Source: Burkholderiales bacterium
Lineage (GTDB): Bacteria > Pseudomonadota > Gammaproteobacteria > Burkholderiales > SG8-41
Assembly: GCA_019751125.1 (NCBI GenBank)
Contig: JAIENU010000017.1
Location: 21,472 to 85,471, forward strand
Length of the DNA stretch: 64,000 bases
Reading direction: 5' to 3'
The notes beneath the pieces are model-generated. The model saw nothing but the letters and a program-made list of their open reading frames with translations, was not told where the DNA came from and did no database searches. Numbering within the stretch: the first letter of the stretch is position 1; every line of letters starts with the position of its first letter. Of the stretch, positions 35,320-44,667 are shown in pieces. Made by a program: the position numbers and the translations under genes.

Positions 35320-36393
35320 CTATTTTCCGAGCCGCGGCGCGTTCTGCAGGAACTCCGCGAGTTCCTTTTTGTAGAACCTGGAGTTGCCGGTGGTGCCGTG
35401 TCCGCGGGTGTCGGCACTTTGAGGTATCAGCAGGTGGCGGCCGTTTTTCAGGCGCTTCATCGCGTCTTCCATCATCCCCAGTTCCGGCGGATTGCGTTCG
35501 TCATCGGCGGCGTTGATCGCCAGCACTGCGGCCTGCACCCTGCCCAGCAGCGGCAGCGGGTTGTAGTCGCGCGACGATTCCCACTGCAGTAGCACGTCGT
35601 TGGCATCGCCGCGGAAAGGTGCTGCAAGGCGCTTGGCGAGCACGGCCTCGGCCTTGTCGGCATCGGGGCCGTCGTTGTAGAGGGCAATGTTGCCGCCATT
35701 GGTGGCTACCGCGAAGTAGGTCAGCAGCCGTGTCATGTTGCGCGGCTGCTGCTGGTAGTCGCCGTTGTTCCATTCCGGGTCGTTGCGGATCGAGTCGGCG
35801 AGCAGCTTGCGCAGCATCCAGTTGCGGCCGGACATCGCGCCGGGCTGGCAGGCCATCGGCACCGCCGCATCCATCATCTGCGGGTATTTGGTCGCCCACA
35901 CCCAGACCTGCATGCCGCCCATGGAATTGCCCATCACCAGCCGCAGGTGGCGGATGCCGAGGCCCTCGGTGACCAGGCGGTACTGGGCCTGCACCATGTC
36001 GTCGTAGTTGTATTTCGGAAATTTCATGCGCAGGCCGCTGCTCGAGGGGCGTGTCGAACGGCCGCTGCCCAGCGCGTCGGGCAGGATGATGAAATATTTG
36101 GTGGCGTCGAGCGGCTGGCCCGGGCCGAACAGCTCATCGGCAAAGTTGCGCGTCAGGAAGTTGGCGCCGGAGCCCGCAGTGCCGTGCAGCAGCAGCACCG
36201 GTTCGCCTTTCGGGTCGCCGATGGTACGGTAGTGCAGGGTGACCTCGGGCATGACTTCGCCGGTATGGAACCGGAAATGCTTCGCCACCCAGCTGCCTTC
36301 TTTCGGTTCCGGGTAGTTTGCGGCTTGTGCCGGACCGGCGGCGCAGCTTATGGCGATGACGAATAAAGCCGCTATACAGCGAATGCCTCGCAT
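35320..36393 (-). CDS. secreted alpha/beta-fold hydrolase (homoserine O-acetyltransferase-like fold)
   Basis: Signal peptide, HGTAGSG, and nucleophile elbow GNSMGG. Confidence 0.8.
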   Translation of the reverse strand: MRGIRCIAALFVIAISCAAGPAQAANYPEPKEGSWVAKHFRFHTGEVMPEVTLHYRTIGDPKGEPVLLLHGTAGSGANFLTRNFADELFGPGQPLDATKYFIILPDALGSGRSTRPSSSGLRMKFPKYNYDDMVQAQYRLVTEGLGIRHLRLVMGNSMGGMQVWVWATKYPQMMDAAVPMACQPGAMSGRNWMLRKLLADSIRNDPEWNNGDYQQQPRNMTRLLTYFAVATNGGNIALYNDGPDADKAEAVLAKRLAAPFRGDANDVLLQWESSRDYNPLPLLGRVQAAVLAINAADDERNPPELGMMEDAMKRLKNGRHLLIPQSADTRGHGTTGNSRFYKKELAEFLQNAPRLGK

Positions 36394-36510
36394 GATTTGT
36401 CCTCCCTTGTATGCGACGAGCTGGTTGTAGTGATTTTTTTGCTGCGCCGACTCCTCAATCCTATTCCAGATTTCCTCAATCCAAACTGATGAAAGTGCCT
36501 CTGTCGGAAG

Positions 36511-36543
36511 TTGATTAAAAATTCAATAAAAACAACAGGTTGT
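36511..36543 (-). repeat. AT-rich intergenic repeat, copy E (reverse orientation)
   Basis: ttgattaaaaattcaataaaaacaacaggttgt. It shares attcaataaaaacaa with copy B. Confidence 0.65.
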
Positions 36544-36684
36544 CGAGGTGGCTGAAAGTGTGGGGAATAACAGCGCAAAGTGTCTGACCGTAAATGCATC
36601 CGTGCGCCGGATATTGCGGCAGCCGGTGTTCCATGAGGTGGCGGTTATTTATCATCTAAATACGTGCTCCTGTAATATCCGCCG

Positions 36685-37665
36685 ATGATTATCATTTCCC
36701 GTCGACATTTCCTCGCGCTTGTGGGGGGTGTCGGTCTGAACGCGGCAGGTCTTACCGCTCAGGCCGCTGAAACGGTCCGCCGCATCGGGTTGTTGACAAC
36801 CTCAACGCAGATTTCTCCCCGGGAAGAAAACCTCAAGCAGGGGCTGCGTGATCTTGGCTGGATCGAGGGCGGTAATATTGTTATCGAGTATCGCCGCGCG
36901 GCCAATAATCAGGTGCGTCTGGCTGAGATGGCGGCTGAATTGGTGGCGCTAAAGGTCGACGTGATAGTCGCCAGTTCGACGCCGTCAGTCATCGCGGCGC
37001 GCAACGCGACCAAAACGATACCGATCGTGACCATTTCGGCGGATCCGGTTGGCAATGGATTTGTAAAAAGCCTTCGCCATCCGGGCGGCAATGTCACCGG
37101 CATCTCGACCATATCGCCGGTACTTTCGGCCAAGCGCCTTGAGCTGTTGCGCGAGATCAACCCCAAGCTGTCCAAGGTGGTTTTTCTCGGCTTTGGCCCG
37201 GATCCGACGCACAAGCGTTTTGTATTTGAGCTCGAGGCAGCGGCCAAAGCGTTCGGCATGACTTTATCTGTGGTGATCGCCGAAAGCCGGGCTGATCTTG
37301 ATCGTGCGCTGAACCAGGTTGCAGTTACGGGCGCAGGTGCGCTGGTCATTCAGCCCCTCTTTCCGATAATGGGTCTTGCCCCGCAAGTGCTTGCTGTCGC
37401 CGAAAAACTGCGTTTGCCAACCGTGACCGACAGTGACGGATTTGCTGAAGCCGGCGGCTTGCTGTTTTATGGACATGACCCTGCAAGCGTGCATCAGCGT
37501 CTGTCGGTGTACGTTGACCGTGTGCTCAAAGGGGCTAACCCGGCTGAGCTGCCGGTCGAGCAACCGCAGAAGTTTCTGCTCGTGGTGAATCGGCGAACTG
37601 CCAGGACATTGGGTGTTCGCATACCCGACTCGATACTGGCTCGCGCCGACAAGGTGATCGATTGA
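36685..37665 (+). CDS. ABC_sub_bind-type periplasmic binding protein (orphan, sensor-associated)
   Basis: RRIGLLTTS ... GWIEGGNIVIEYRRA ... LKVDVIVASSTPSVIAA ... HPGGNVTGIS pattern. Lower GC than its surroundings. Confidence 0.82.
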   Translation: MIIISRRHFLALVGGVGLNAAGLTAQAAETVRRIGLLTTSTQISPREENLKQGLRDLGWIEGGNIVIEYRRAANNQVRLAEMAAELVALKVDVIVASSTPSVIAARNATKTIPIVTISADPVGNGFVKSLRHPGGNVTGISTISPVLSAKRLELLREINPKLSKVVFLGFGPDPTHKRFVFELEAAAKAFGMTLSVVIAESRADLDRALNQVAVTGAGALVIQPLFPIMGLAPQVLAVAEKLRLPTVTDSDGFAEAGGLLFYGHDPASVHQRLSVYVDRVLKGANPAELPVEQPQKFLLVVNRRTARTLGVRIPDSILARADKVID

Positions 37666-39392
37666 GCCGCCGCTTCCCGCTGTTCGTCAAATACGCCGTA
37701 CTCATTGTGGCTGTTGTTGCGGGATTGCTGCTGGCCAGCGGCTCTGTACATTACCGCTGGGCATTGAAGGAAACCCGAGAGCATCTGCAAGCATTGCAGT
37801 CGGAGAAGGCTTCCAGTGCTGCCGCACAGATCAAGCAGTTCATTCTCGATATTGACCAGCAGCTCAGCTGGGTGGAGCTTCCGCCTTCTGGGCCGTCAAA
37901 AGGACTGCTGCAACAGATGCGCATCGAGTATTTGAAATTAATGAGGCAGCAACCGGCGCTGACCCAGGTTACATGGATTGGTGCCGATGGTTTTGAAAGG
38001 CTGGCGATGTCAAGGATAGAGCCGGACCGGTTCGACAGCAGGATTGACTACTCCAGTCGTGCAGGGTTTCAGGAGGCCGTTTCCGGAAGGACTCATTATG
38101 GCGCCCCTTACTTCTTTCAGGATTCAGAGCCATATATGGTCTTGTCGCGACCTTTGCGCGGTGGAGGTGTTGTGACCGCGGAAGTCAATCTCAAGTTTAT
38201 CTGGGATACTGTTTCCCGGATCTCGCATGGCAATAATGTTCATGCGTATGTGGTTGATTCCGGCGGTGCATTGATTGCACACCCCGACATTTCGCTGGTT
38301 CTGAAGAAGGTCAGTCTTGACGGTACGCCGCAGGCGTTGTCGCTGAAACAGGACAATTCCGGGAATGTGGGTCGGAATTTTTCCGGTGAAGAAGTGTCTT
38401 TCGCCAAGGCCGCCATACCCGCGCTGGGCTGGACTGTATTTGTCGAGTCGCCATGGCGCCAAAGCCAGGCTGTGCTTGATCAGGCTATGCTGAGATCGGC
38501 ATTCCTGCTGGTGGCCGGCATTCTGATAGCTGCGGTGGTGAGCTTCCTTCTGGCCCGCACCATGGTCAAGCCGCTTAAGGCCCTGCGGGACGGAGCCTCC
38601 AAGATTGGAGGCGGCGATTTCGACCACAGGATCATGGTGCGCAGCGGGGATGAATTGGAGGTGCTGGCGGAACAGTTCAACCGGATGGGTGCTGGATTGA
38701 AGGCTTCCTATTCACAGCTTGAATTGAAGGTTGCTGAACGCACGGCTGAACTGCAGCAGGAACAACTGCGTGCGAATCAGTTGCTTCATAACATTTTTCC
38801 GGAAGCCATTGCCGATGAACTGGCCCGCACCGGCAAGGTACGCCCGGTTCGACACGAGGCAGTCTCCATCCTGTTCACCGATTTCAGCGGATTCACGCAA
38901 GCCGCTGCAACAATGCCTGCAGACAGGATTGTTGCCGAATTGAACGAGATATTCGCGGAATTCGATGCAATTACAGACCGTTATGGCGTGGAAAAAATAA
39001 AAACCATAGGTGACGCTTACATGGCTGCGGCAGGTTTGCCGCTGTCATGTCACGACCATGCGCAGCGTTGCGTGCGCGCTGGTCTTGCGATGCTCGAATT
39101 TTTGAGGTGCCGCAACGGGTTTTCTGCCTTCAAGTGGTCGCTACGGGTCGGCGTTCATTCCGGCCCTGTTGTTGCTGGCGTCGTTGGAGCGCGGAAGTAT
39201 GCGTTTGACGTTTGGGGTGATACGGTCAATGTGGCTTCCCGGGTCGAAAGTGCGGGTAGGCCGGACAGCGTTAATGTTTCCGCCTACACCTATGATCTCA
39301 TCCGCGATGAGTTCGAATGTGAATACAGAGGCAAGATAGAAGCCAAAGGCAAGGGCATCTTTGACATGTATTTTGTCAAAGGCGCGCATTGA
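37662..39392 (+). CDS. membrane sensor class III adenylate/guanylate cyclase (Cache-like periplasmic domain, HAMP, cyclase)
   Basis: Two TM segments flank a periplasmic domain of about 250 aa, followed by HAMP (KPLKALRDGASKIGGGDFDHRI). The cyclase core is VSILFTDFSGFT ... KTIGDAYMAAAG ... VHSGPVVAGVVG ... DVWGDTVNVASRVES. The TTG start overlaps the preceding stop. Confidence 0.88.
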   Translation: MSRRFPLFVKYAVLIVAVVAGLLLASGSVHYRWALKETREHLQALQSEKASSAAAQIKQFILDIDQQLSWVELPPSGPSKGLLQQMRIEYLKLMRQQPALTQVTWIGADGFERLAMSRIEPDRFDSRIDYSSRAGFQEAVSGRTHYGAPYFFQDSEPYMVLSRPLRGGGVVTAEVNLKFIWDTVSRISHGNNVHAYVVDSGGALIAHPDISLVLKKVSLDGTPQALSLKQDNSGNVGRNFSGEEVSFAKAAIPALGWTVFVESPWRQSQAVLDQAMLRSAFLLVAGILIAAVVSFLLARTMVKPLKALRDGASKIGGGDFDHRIMVRSGDELEVLAEQFNRMGAGLKASYSQLELKVAERTAELQQEQLRANQLLHNIFPEAIADELARTGKVRPVRHEAVSILFTDFSGFTQAAATMPADRIVAELNEIFAEFDAITDRYGVEKIKTIGDAYMAAAGLPLSCHDHAQRCVRAGLAMLEFLRCRNGFSAFKWSLRVGVHSGPVVAGVVGARKYAFDVWGDTVNVASRVESAGRPDSVNVSAYTYDLIRDEFECEYRGKIEAKGKGIFDMYFVKGAH

Positions 39393-39491
39393 CTCCCCGG
39401 TTTCCCGGGGCGCTGCGCGGTTCGAAGTGGAAACCGGATAACTGTCGGCTGCTTGTCGCGCCAGGCGAAGCCGCTGCCTCGCGAGCAATTT

Positions 39492-40100
39492 TCAGTGTTC
39501 GCGCATTGCGCGCGCCTTTTTCGCCGCCGGACGGTCCCAGCAGGTGTGCAGCCAGGTGTCGAATTTCGGCCAGCGGCTGACATCGATGGACAGTGCACGA
39601 TACAGCGCGCTGGCGACATTGAGGTCGGCGATGGAAAAGGCGGAGCCGGCGAGCCAGGGCGTTTTGGCCAGGGCTCCCTCGAGCACCTCGAAGGCCGGCA
39701 CCACCTGTTTCCATGCGGCTTCGGCGACGGCGGCATTGCGCTCCTCGGGTTTCGAGGCCACGGTGTTGCGCACGTAGTCGACGATCTGGCGGTCGAGGCG
39801 GTCGGTTTCCCACAGGCTCCACTGCCAGCACAGCGCTTCCTGCCGCGGATCGGCGGGATACAGCGGGCTTTTGTGTTTTTTGGCCAGGTACATATTGATC
39901 GCCATCGATTCCGACAGGATGAAGCCATCGTCGTCGATGGTCGGCACCCGCGCATTGGCGTTGAGTGCGAGGTAGTCCGCGGTCTTGGTTTCGGGCGAAC
40001 GCGGCAGCCAGTCCTTGTGTTCGTATTTGAGGCCGAGTTCGGCGATGAGCCAGATGACGCGCAGGCCGCGGGAATTGGCTGATCCGTACAACGTGAGCAT
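39492..40100 (-). CDS. glutathione S-transferase
   Basis: MLTLYGSANSRGLRVIWLIAELGL ... RVPTIDDDGFILSESMAINMYL thioredoxin-like N-domain. Confidence 0.88.
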   Translation of the reverse strand: MLTLYGSANSRGLRVIWLIAELGLKYEHKDWLPRSPETKTADYLALNANARVPTIDDDGFILSESMAINMYLAKKHKSPLYPADPRQEALCWQWSLWETDRLDRQIVDYVRNTVASKPEERNAAVAEAAWKQVVPAFEVLEGALAKTPWLAGSAFSIADLNVASALYRALSIDVSRWPKFDTWLHTCWDRPAAKKARAMREH

Positions 40101-40183
40101 TTTTATTGTCCTCCGAGGTTGCCTCTTTTTGCCTCTTTTGCGAGGTATCCCCGCATTCTATCCGCTGCAGCCCGTTGGATAAA

Positions 40184-41077
40184 TCACCCTGCTTTCAGGC
40201 GGGAGCCGATAATCTGCTGCACCAGCGGGTGCGCCACCTTGCGCTCGGTGCCGATGGCAAAAAAACGCTCTTCGACACCTTCGCAGATTCCGATGCGGCG
40301 CAGCCCCTGCTTCTCCATCAAATGCTTCTCGACAATCTCCGCTGCGGGGAAAACTCCGAGACCGGCTGCCCCAAAAGTGGCCAGCATTGCACTGTCCTCG
40401 AATTCGCCGACGATTTTCGGTTTGATGCCGCAGCGCCCGAACCACAGGTCGAGCTGTGCGCGGACCGACACATGCACGGTAGGCAGCAATACCGGAGTCC
40501 GCGTCAGGCTTTGTGGAAATTCGCGGCGAGCCTGGGCGTGAAGTGCCGCCGGCCCATACCAGGCGATGGCCGATTGCCCCAGGGCATGGCTGTACAGCTT
40601 GAGATTGGCGTTGGAGGGCGCGGGCCGGTCGGCAAGCACCATGTCGAGTCGATGCAGTGCAAGATCCCCCAGCAAATCATCGAACTCGCCTTCGTGGCAG
40701 ATCAAATGCAGGTGTTCGTGCCCAAGAGCAGGCTTCAGTAGCCAGCTTGTGGCAAGTTTTGGCACGCCATCGGAGATGCCGACTGAAAGGCGCAGGCTGC
40801 GGTTGCCGGCGGCGTCGCGAACCAGTTCGGGGAGGCGTTCCCCCAACTGGAATATCTGATCGGCAAGGTGCAGCGCGGCTTGGCCAGCCGCGGTCAGCGC
40901 CAGGCCGCGCCCCGCCGGTTTGAGCAGAGCGTAACCAAGCTCGCGCTCCAGTTCACGGACCTGGGCACTGACGGTCTGGATAGCCATGCCCAGCCGGTAG
41001 GCGGCCTTGGTTACACCGCCTTCGCGTGCGACCACCCAGAAGTAGTAAAGGTGACGGTAGCTGAAGTTCCGCTGCAT
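40184..41077 (-). CDS. LysR family transcriptional regulator (NhaR-like)
   Basis: MQRNFSYRHLYYFWVVAREGGVTKAAYRLGMAIQTVSAQVRELE matches the NhaR-type wHTH. Confidence 0.88.
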   Translation of the reverse strand: MQRNFSYRHLYYFWVVAREGGVTKAAYRLGMAIQTVSAQVRELERELGYALLKPAGRGLALTAAGQAALHLADQIFQLGERLPELVRDAAGNRSLRLSVGISDGVPKLATSWLLKPALGHEHLHLICHEGEFDDLLGDLALHRLDMVLADRPAPSNANLKLYSHALGQSAIAWYGPAALHAQARREFPQSLTRTPVLLPTVHVSVRAQLDLWFGRCGIKPKIVGEFEDSAMLATFGAAGLGVFPAAEIVEKHLMEKQGLRRIGICEGVEERFFAIGTERKVAHPLVQQIIGSRLKAG

Positions 41078-41093
41078 AAAGTTCCCTTCGTAT

Positions 41094-41112
41094 ATTCAAT
41101 TATTTTAGGAAT
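41094..41112. promoter_or_regulatory. LysR-type palindrome ATTC-N11-GAAT
   Basis: attcaattattttaggaat lies in the divergent spacer between the NhaR-like gene and the HPF-TerC operon. Confidence 0.4.
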
Positions 41113-41193
41113 TTAATTCAGTAATTATCTTCTTTTAAAGGATTAATAACCAACCTAACCTTCGCGGCGTAATGACAACAAAGGAGGTATGTG

Positions 41194-41568
41194 ATGCAAG
41201 TGCAGATTGGGGATTTAAGGGCTGGCCTCGAAGACGGCGAACGGGTGGATGCAGAGGAACGGGTGCGTTTTGTGATGCGCCGGCTGGCTCAGCGGGTGAA
41301 CCGTGCGGATATCCACCTTTCGGACGTCAACGGCCCTCGCGGCGGTATCGACAAACGCTGCCAGATCACCCTGAAAACAGATCGTAATGGCGTGCTGGTG
41401 ATCCGCACACTGGCGGGTGACTGGCGCAGCGCCCTTGACGAGGCGCTGCAGCGCTCGGTGCGACTGTTGACCAGGGCCTGGCAACGACGAAGCGATCCGG
41501 CCGTGCTGCGTGAAGGCAAGCGGCGCGTCCTGGGTCGAGTTGCAGCCATGAGCCAACACAGTAATTGA
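41194..41568 (+). CDS. HPF/RaiA-family ribosome-associated protein (short form)
   Basis: About 124 aa. IHLSDVNGPRGGIDKRCQITLK resembles the S30EA/HPF fold. aaggagg RBS 6 nt upstream of the ATG at 41194. Confidence 0.65.
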   Translation: MQVQIGDLRAGLEDGERVDAEERVRFVMRRLAQRVNRADIHLSDVNGPRGGIDKRCQITLKTDRNGVLVIRTLAGDWRSALDEALQRSVRLLTRAWQRRSDPAVLREGKRRVLGRVAAMSQHSN

Positions 41569-41583
41569 ATGGAGGAGAGCAAG

Positions 41584-41826
41584 ATGAAATGTCCGGTTTG
41601 CAAGGAAGTGACTCTGAACATGTCGGAGCGCCAGGGGGTGGATATCGATTACTGCCCGCAGTGTCGTGGTGTCTGGCTGGACCGCGGTGAGCTCGAAAAG
41701 CTGATCGAACGCTCTGAAAGACAGCGGCCGATGAAGAGCGTGAGCCCTGCTGATTATCAATATTCGGGCGAGGCGCGGCGCGATCATGGCCGGCGCAAAT
41801 CCTGGCTTGCCGAGATTTTTGATTGA
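41584..41826 (+). CDS. TFIIB-type zinc-ribbon protein
   Basis: MKCPVCK ... YCPQCRGVWLDRGELEKL. ggaggag RBS 6 nt upstream. The track start at 41569 is the alternative. Confidence 0.75.
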   Translation: MKCPVCKEVTLNMSERQGVDIDYCPQCRGVWLDRGELEKLIERSERQRPMKSVSPADYQYSGEARRDHGRRKSWLAEIFD

Positions 41827-41829
41827 CGA

Positions 41830-42285
41830 ATGGGGCTTGCGCAAATGACAACGCTTGAATCCGCAGCCCATCCGCGGGCGGCAGCCCAGGTCCTCGCGCT
41901 GACTCTTTTGGCGGATGGCCGTCTGTCAGCCGGTGAGCGCGGGGTGCTGCAGCGCAGTGGCATTTGTCGATGCCTGGGCATGACCGCGGGTGAACTGGAT
42001 GCGGTGATTCAGCATTACACGTGCGATTTGCTCGTGACGCGCGGCCCAGAATGGGAGGGGCGCTGTCTTCCTGGAGCCGAAGTCCTGCGCTGCGTACTGT
42101 CCGGCGTCAGTGATCACGCAATACGGCAGCAGGTGTTCCGTTTGTGTGTGGAGATCGCCGAGGCGGACGGTGAACTGAGCGAGGGCGAGTTCGAGGTGCT
42201 GGCTGCGGCACTTGACGAATGGGGGATACACCGCCACTTGCTCGGCTGCGCGGTAGGTGACCTTAACAGGCGGTTTGAATCTTGA
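41830..42285 (+). CDS. TerB-like (tellurite-resistance TerB family) protein
   Basis: LLADGRLSAGERGVL ... CVEIAEADGELSEGEFEVL paired helical motifs. Confidence 0.65.
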   Translation: MGLAQMTTLESAAHPRAAAQVLALTLLADGRLSAGERGVLQRSGICRCLGMTAGELDAVIQHYTCDLLVTRGPEWEGRCLPGAEVLRCVLSGVSDHAIRQQVFRLCVEIAEADGELSEGEFEVLAAALDEWGIHRHLLGCAVGDLNRRFES

Positions 42286-42286
42286 A

Positions 42287-43279
42287 ATGGAAGCAGTAAC
42301 CAGTTTTTTACAGGCTCCATTTCTGGGCCAAACCATCTGGCTGTGGCTTGCCTTTGTTGGCATTGTCGTGACCCTGCTCGCTTTTGATCTGGGTGTTTTG
42401 CACAAGGATGACAACGAGATCGGGGTTCGCGAGAGCCTGCTGCTGTCGGCGGGTTACATCGGCGTGGCGCTGTTGTTTGGGGTCTGGGTGTGGTGGTACC
42501 TGGGTGCCGACAGCGGAACTGAATACTTCACCGGCTTCCTGATCGAGAAATCGTTGTCGATGGACAACGTTTTCGTGATCGCCCTGATATTTACCTACTT
42601 TGCGATTCCACGCCAGTATCAGCACCGGGTGCTGTTCTGGGGAATACTCGGGGTAATTGTGCTGCGCGCGATCATGATCGGCCTGGGTGCGGCACTGGTC
42701 AGTCAGTTCAGCTGGATTCTTTACCTGTTCGGCCTGTTCCTGGTGATTACCGGCGTGAAGATGTGGATCCTTGCCGATCAGAGTCATGACATCGGCAACA
42801 ACCCGTTGCTCAGGTTTTTGCGCAAACGGTTGAGGGTAACCGCAGCCCTCGAAGGCAATGCCTTCATTGTGCATCGACCCGTCGATGCTTCCGGGCGGAC
42901 CGAGGTTTGGGTGACGCCGCTGTTTCTGGCGTTGTGCCTGATCGAATTCGTCGATCTGGTGTTCGCGGTGGATTCGGTGCCGGCGATCTTCGCAATTACC
43001 AGCGATCCCTTTATCGTCTACACCAGCAATATTTTCGCGATATTGGGATTACGCGCGCTGTATTTCGCCCTGGCTGCGATGATTCACCGCTTCAGGTATC
43101 TGAAATATGCGCTATCCCTGGTGCTGGTGTTTATCGGCTTCAAGATATTCCTGGTCGGCATCATCGGCAAAATTCCTCCGGTGATTTCGCTCAGTGTCAC
43201 TTTGGGCCTGATTGCCGGTGGCATCCTGGTGTCGTTGTGGAAGACACGCAATGACCGGCCAGCGGAGCCGGCTGGTTGA
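42287..43279 (+). CDS. TerC family integral membrane protein
   Basis: GFLIEKSLSMDNVFVIALIF and FAVDSVPAIFAITSDPFIVYTSNIFAILGLRALYF duplicated TerC motifs. Starts 2 nt after the TerB-like stop. Confidence 0.9.
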   Translation: MEAVTSFLQAPFLGQTIWLWLAFVGIVVTLLAFDLGVLHKDDNEIGVRESLLLSAGYIGVALLFGVWVWWYLGADSGTEYFTGFLIEKSLSMDNVFVIALIFTYFAIPRQYQHRVLFWGILGVIVLRAIMIGLGAALVSQFSWILYLFGLFLVITGVKMWILADQSHDIGNNPLLRFLRKRLRVTAALEGNAFIVHRPVDASGRTEVWVTPLFLALCLIEFVDLVFAVDSVPAIFAITSDPFIVYTSNIFAILGLRALYFALAAMIHRFRYLKYALSLVLVFIGFKIFLVGIIGKIPPVISLSVTLGLIAGGILVSLWKTRNDRPAEPAG

Positions 43280-43296
43280 ACCCTGGCGGCTGACCC

Positions 43297-43330
43297 AAAG
43301 AAAAAGGCGCCTCGAGAGGCGCCTTTTTCT
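43297..43330. terminator. bidirectional rho-independent terminator
   Basis: aaaaaggcgcc-tcgaga-ggcgccttttt lies between the convergent terC and wHTH genes. Confidence 0.85.
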
Positions 43331-43363
43331 TTCGCGTTTTGCTGCGGCGACGGCCGCAGGCTG

Positions 43364-43639
43364 TCAGTTGCTGCTTTCCAGCGCCTGTTTGGCGGCCACG
43401 ACGGCCTTCGGCTTGCGGCCGGGGGCGACCGGCGGGATGTAGCCGGAAATGCGGCACAGCATGCCTTCGGTCGGTTTGCCGTCCTTGTAGCGGATCGATT
43501 TGCAGATCATCACGTCGCCGCGCGATTGCAGCTGGGTGACGTGCTGCCGGACGCTGGCCAGCGACAGTCCGGTGGCGGCGGCGATTTCCGCGTCAAGTTG
43601 TTCGCCGGTTTTCTTCAGGTGATCCAGAATTGCCTGCAT
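43364..43639 (-). CDS. small winged-helix DNA-binding protein
   Basis: 91 aa, MQAILDHLKKTGEQLDAEIAAATGLSLASVRQHVTQLQSRGDV. Confidence 0.65.
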   Translation of the reverse strand: MQAILDHLKKTGEQLDAEIAAATGLSLASVRQHVTQLQSRGDVMICKSIRYKDGKPTEGMLCRISGYIPPVAPGRKPKAVVAAKQALESSN

Positions 43640-43775
43640 GTCTTGCCTTCTCTCTCTGCTAAGGGGTGGAGGGGCAGCACCGCCCGGAAGGGCGGGTGCT
43701 CGGCGGGGGACCGGCATCATACCCCAAAGGGGCCCTTTTACGGAAATTCCCAAGTAGAACAGCTGGTTATTCCGT

Positions 43776-43810
43776 CAAAAAACCCCTTAAAACCCCATTA
43801 TTCTGGGGTT
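43776..43810 (-). terminator. rho-independent terminator of the TSUP gene
   Basis: The minus strand reads aacccca-gaataa-tggggtt followed by ttaaggggtttttt. Confidence 0.75.
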
Positions 43811-43811
43811 A

Positions 43812-44561
43812 TCAGCTGCCAATGAGCGCTTTCAGGCCGTCGTAAACGATCAGCTTCAGCGCCAGCGCGATCAGCATGATGTTGAAGATCAGCAGGAAGA
43901 TCTTTTCGTCCATGCCGGACAGCACCTTCTTGCCGACCGAGGTGCCGACCAGCACGGCGACGGTCATCAGCGCCAGCAGCAGGCCGTATTCGGCAAAACT
44001 GAAACCGATCATCGTGAACGCCGCGATTTTCAGCAGGTTGCCGATGAAGCCGAAAAAGCCCAGCGTGCCGACGATGTTTTCCTTGCTCATGTCCTTGCGG
44101 ATGATCAGTGCGCCGAGCACCGGCGCAATGACGCCGACAATCATGTTCAGCGCGCCGGTGATGAATCCCAGCGGCACGAAAGCCCACAGCGGAAATTCCT
44201 TCGGCGCGAAGCGTTTCAGCTGGCGCAGGAACAGCGTCAGCAGCACAAAACAGCCGATCAGCACCTGCACCAGTTCACTGGCGGTGACCTGGATCAGCCA
44301 GGTGCCCAGCCACACGCCCAGCGGCATCAGCAGGCTGAAGCGGATGATGATCGGCCACACCATGTCCTTGCGGAACAGCCACACGCGCCAGGTGTTGGAG
44401 GCGAGTTGCACCACACCGTGTGCGGGAATGGCCGCGGCGGGCGGCATGAACAGCAGCATCAGTGCGATCAATATCGTGCCGCCACCGGCGCCGGCGACCG
44501 AGGTGAGAGCCGAGGTGAAAAACGCGGCGCTGACGAGCAGCGTCATGTCCAGCCAATCCAT
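43812..44561 (-). CDS. TSUP (TauE/SafE) family anion exporter
   Basis: 249 aa, polytopic. VAGAGGGTILIALM motif. Confidence 0.85.
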   Translation of the reverse strand: MDWLDMTLLVSAAFFTSALTSVAGAGGGTILIALMLLFMPPAAAIPAHGVVQLASNTWRVWLFRKDMVWPIIIRFSLLMPLGVWLGTWLIQVTASELVQVLIGCFVLLTLFLRQLKRFAPKEFPLWAFVPLGFITGALNMIVGVIAPVLGALIIRKDMSKENIVGTLGFFGFIGNLLKIAAFTMIGFSFAEYGLLLALMTVAVLVGTSVGKKVLSGMDEKIFLLIFNIMLIALALKLIVYDGLKALIGS

Positions 44562-44565
44562 ATTA

Positions 44566-44596
44566 ATAACCCGTTGATTTTATTGATAAATTATAA
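44566..44596 (+). repeat. AT-rich intergenic repeat, copy F (forward orientation)
   Basis: ataacccgttgattttattgataaattataa. It begins 5 nt from the TSUP start codon. Confidence 0.7.
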
Positions 44597-44667
44597 TTTT
44601 CAGGAGTGGGGCTGCCGGCGCCGCAGGCGGGTGCGGCGTAATTGCAGGCAGATGCTGATGGCTGCGA

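Noticed and set aside
41078-41193. A manganese (yybP-ykoY-type) riboswitch ahead of the TerC operon.
   Set aside because: The spacer is extremely AT-rich and lacks the conserved GC-rich four-way-junction core sequences. TerC is also the fourth gene, not the first.
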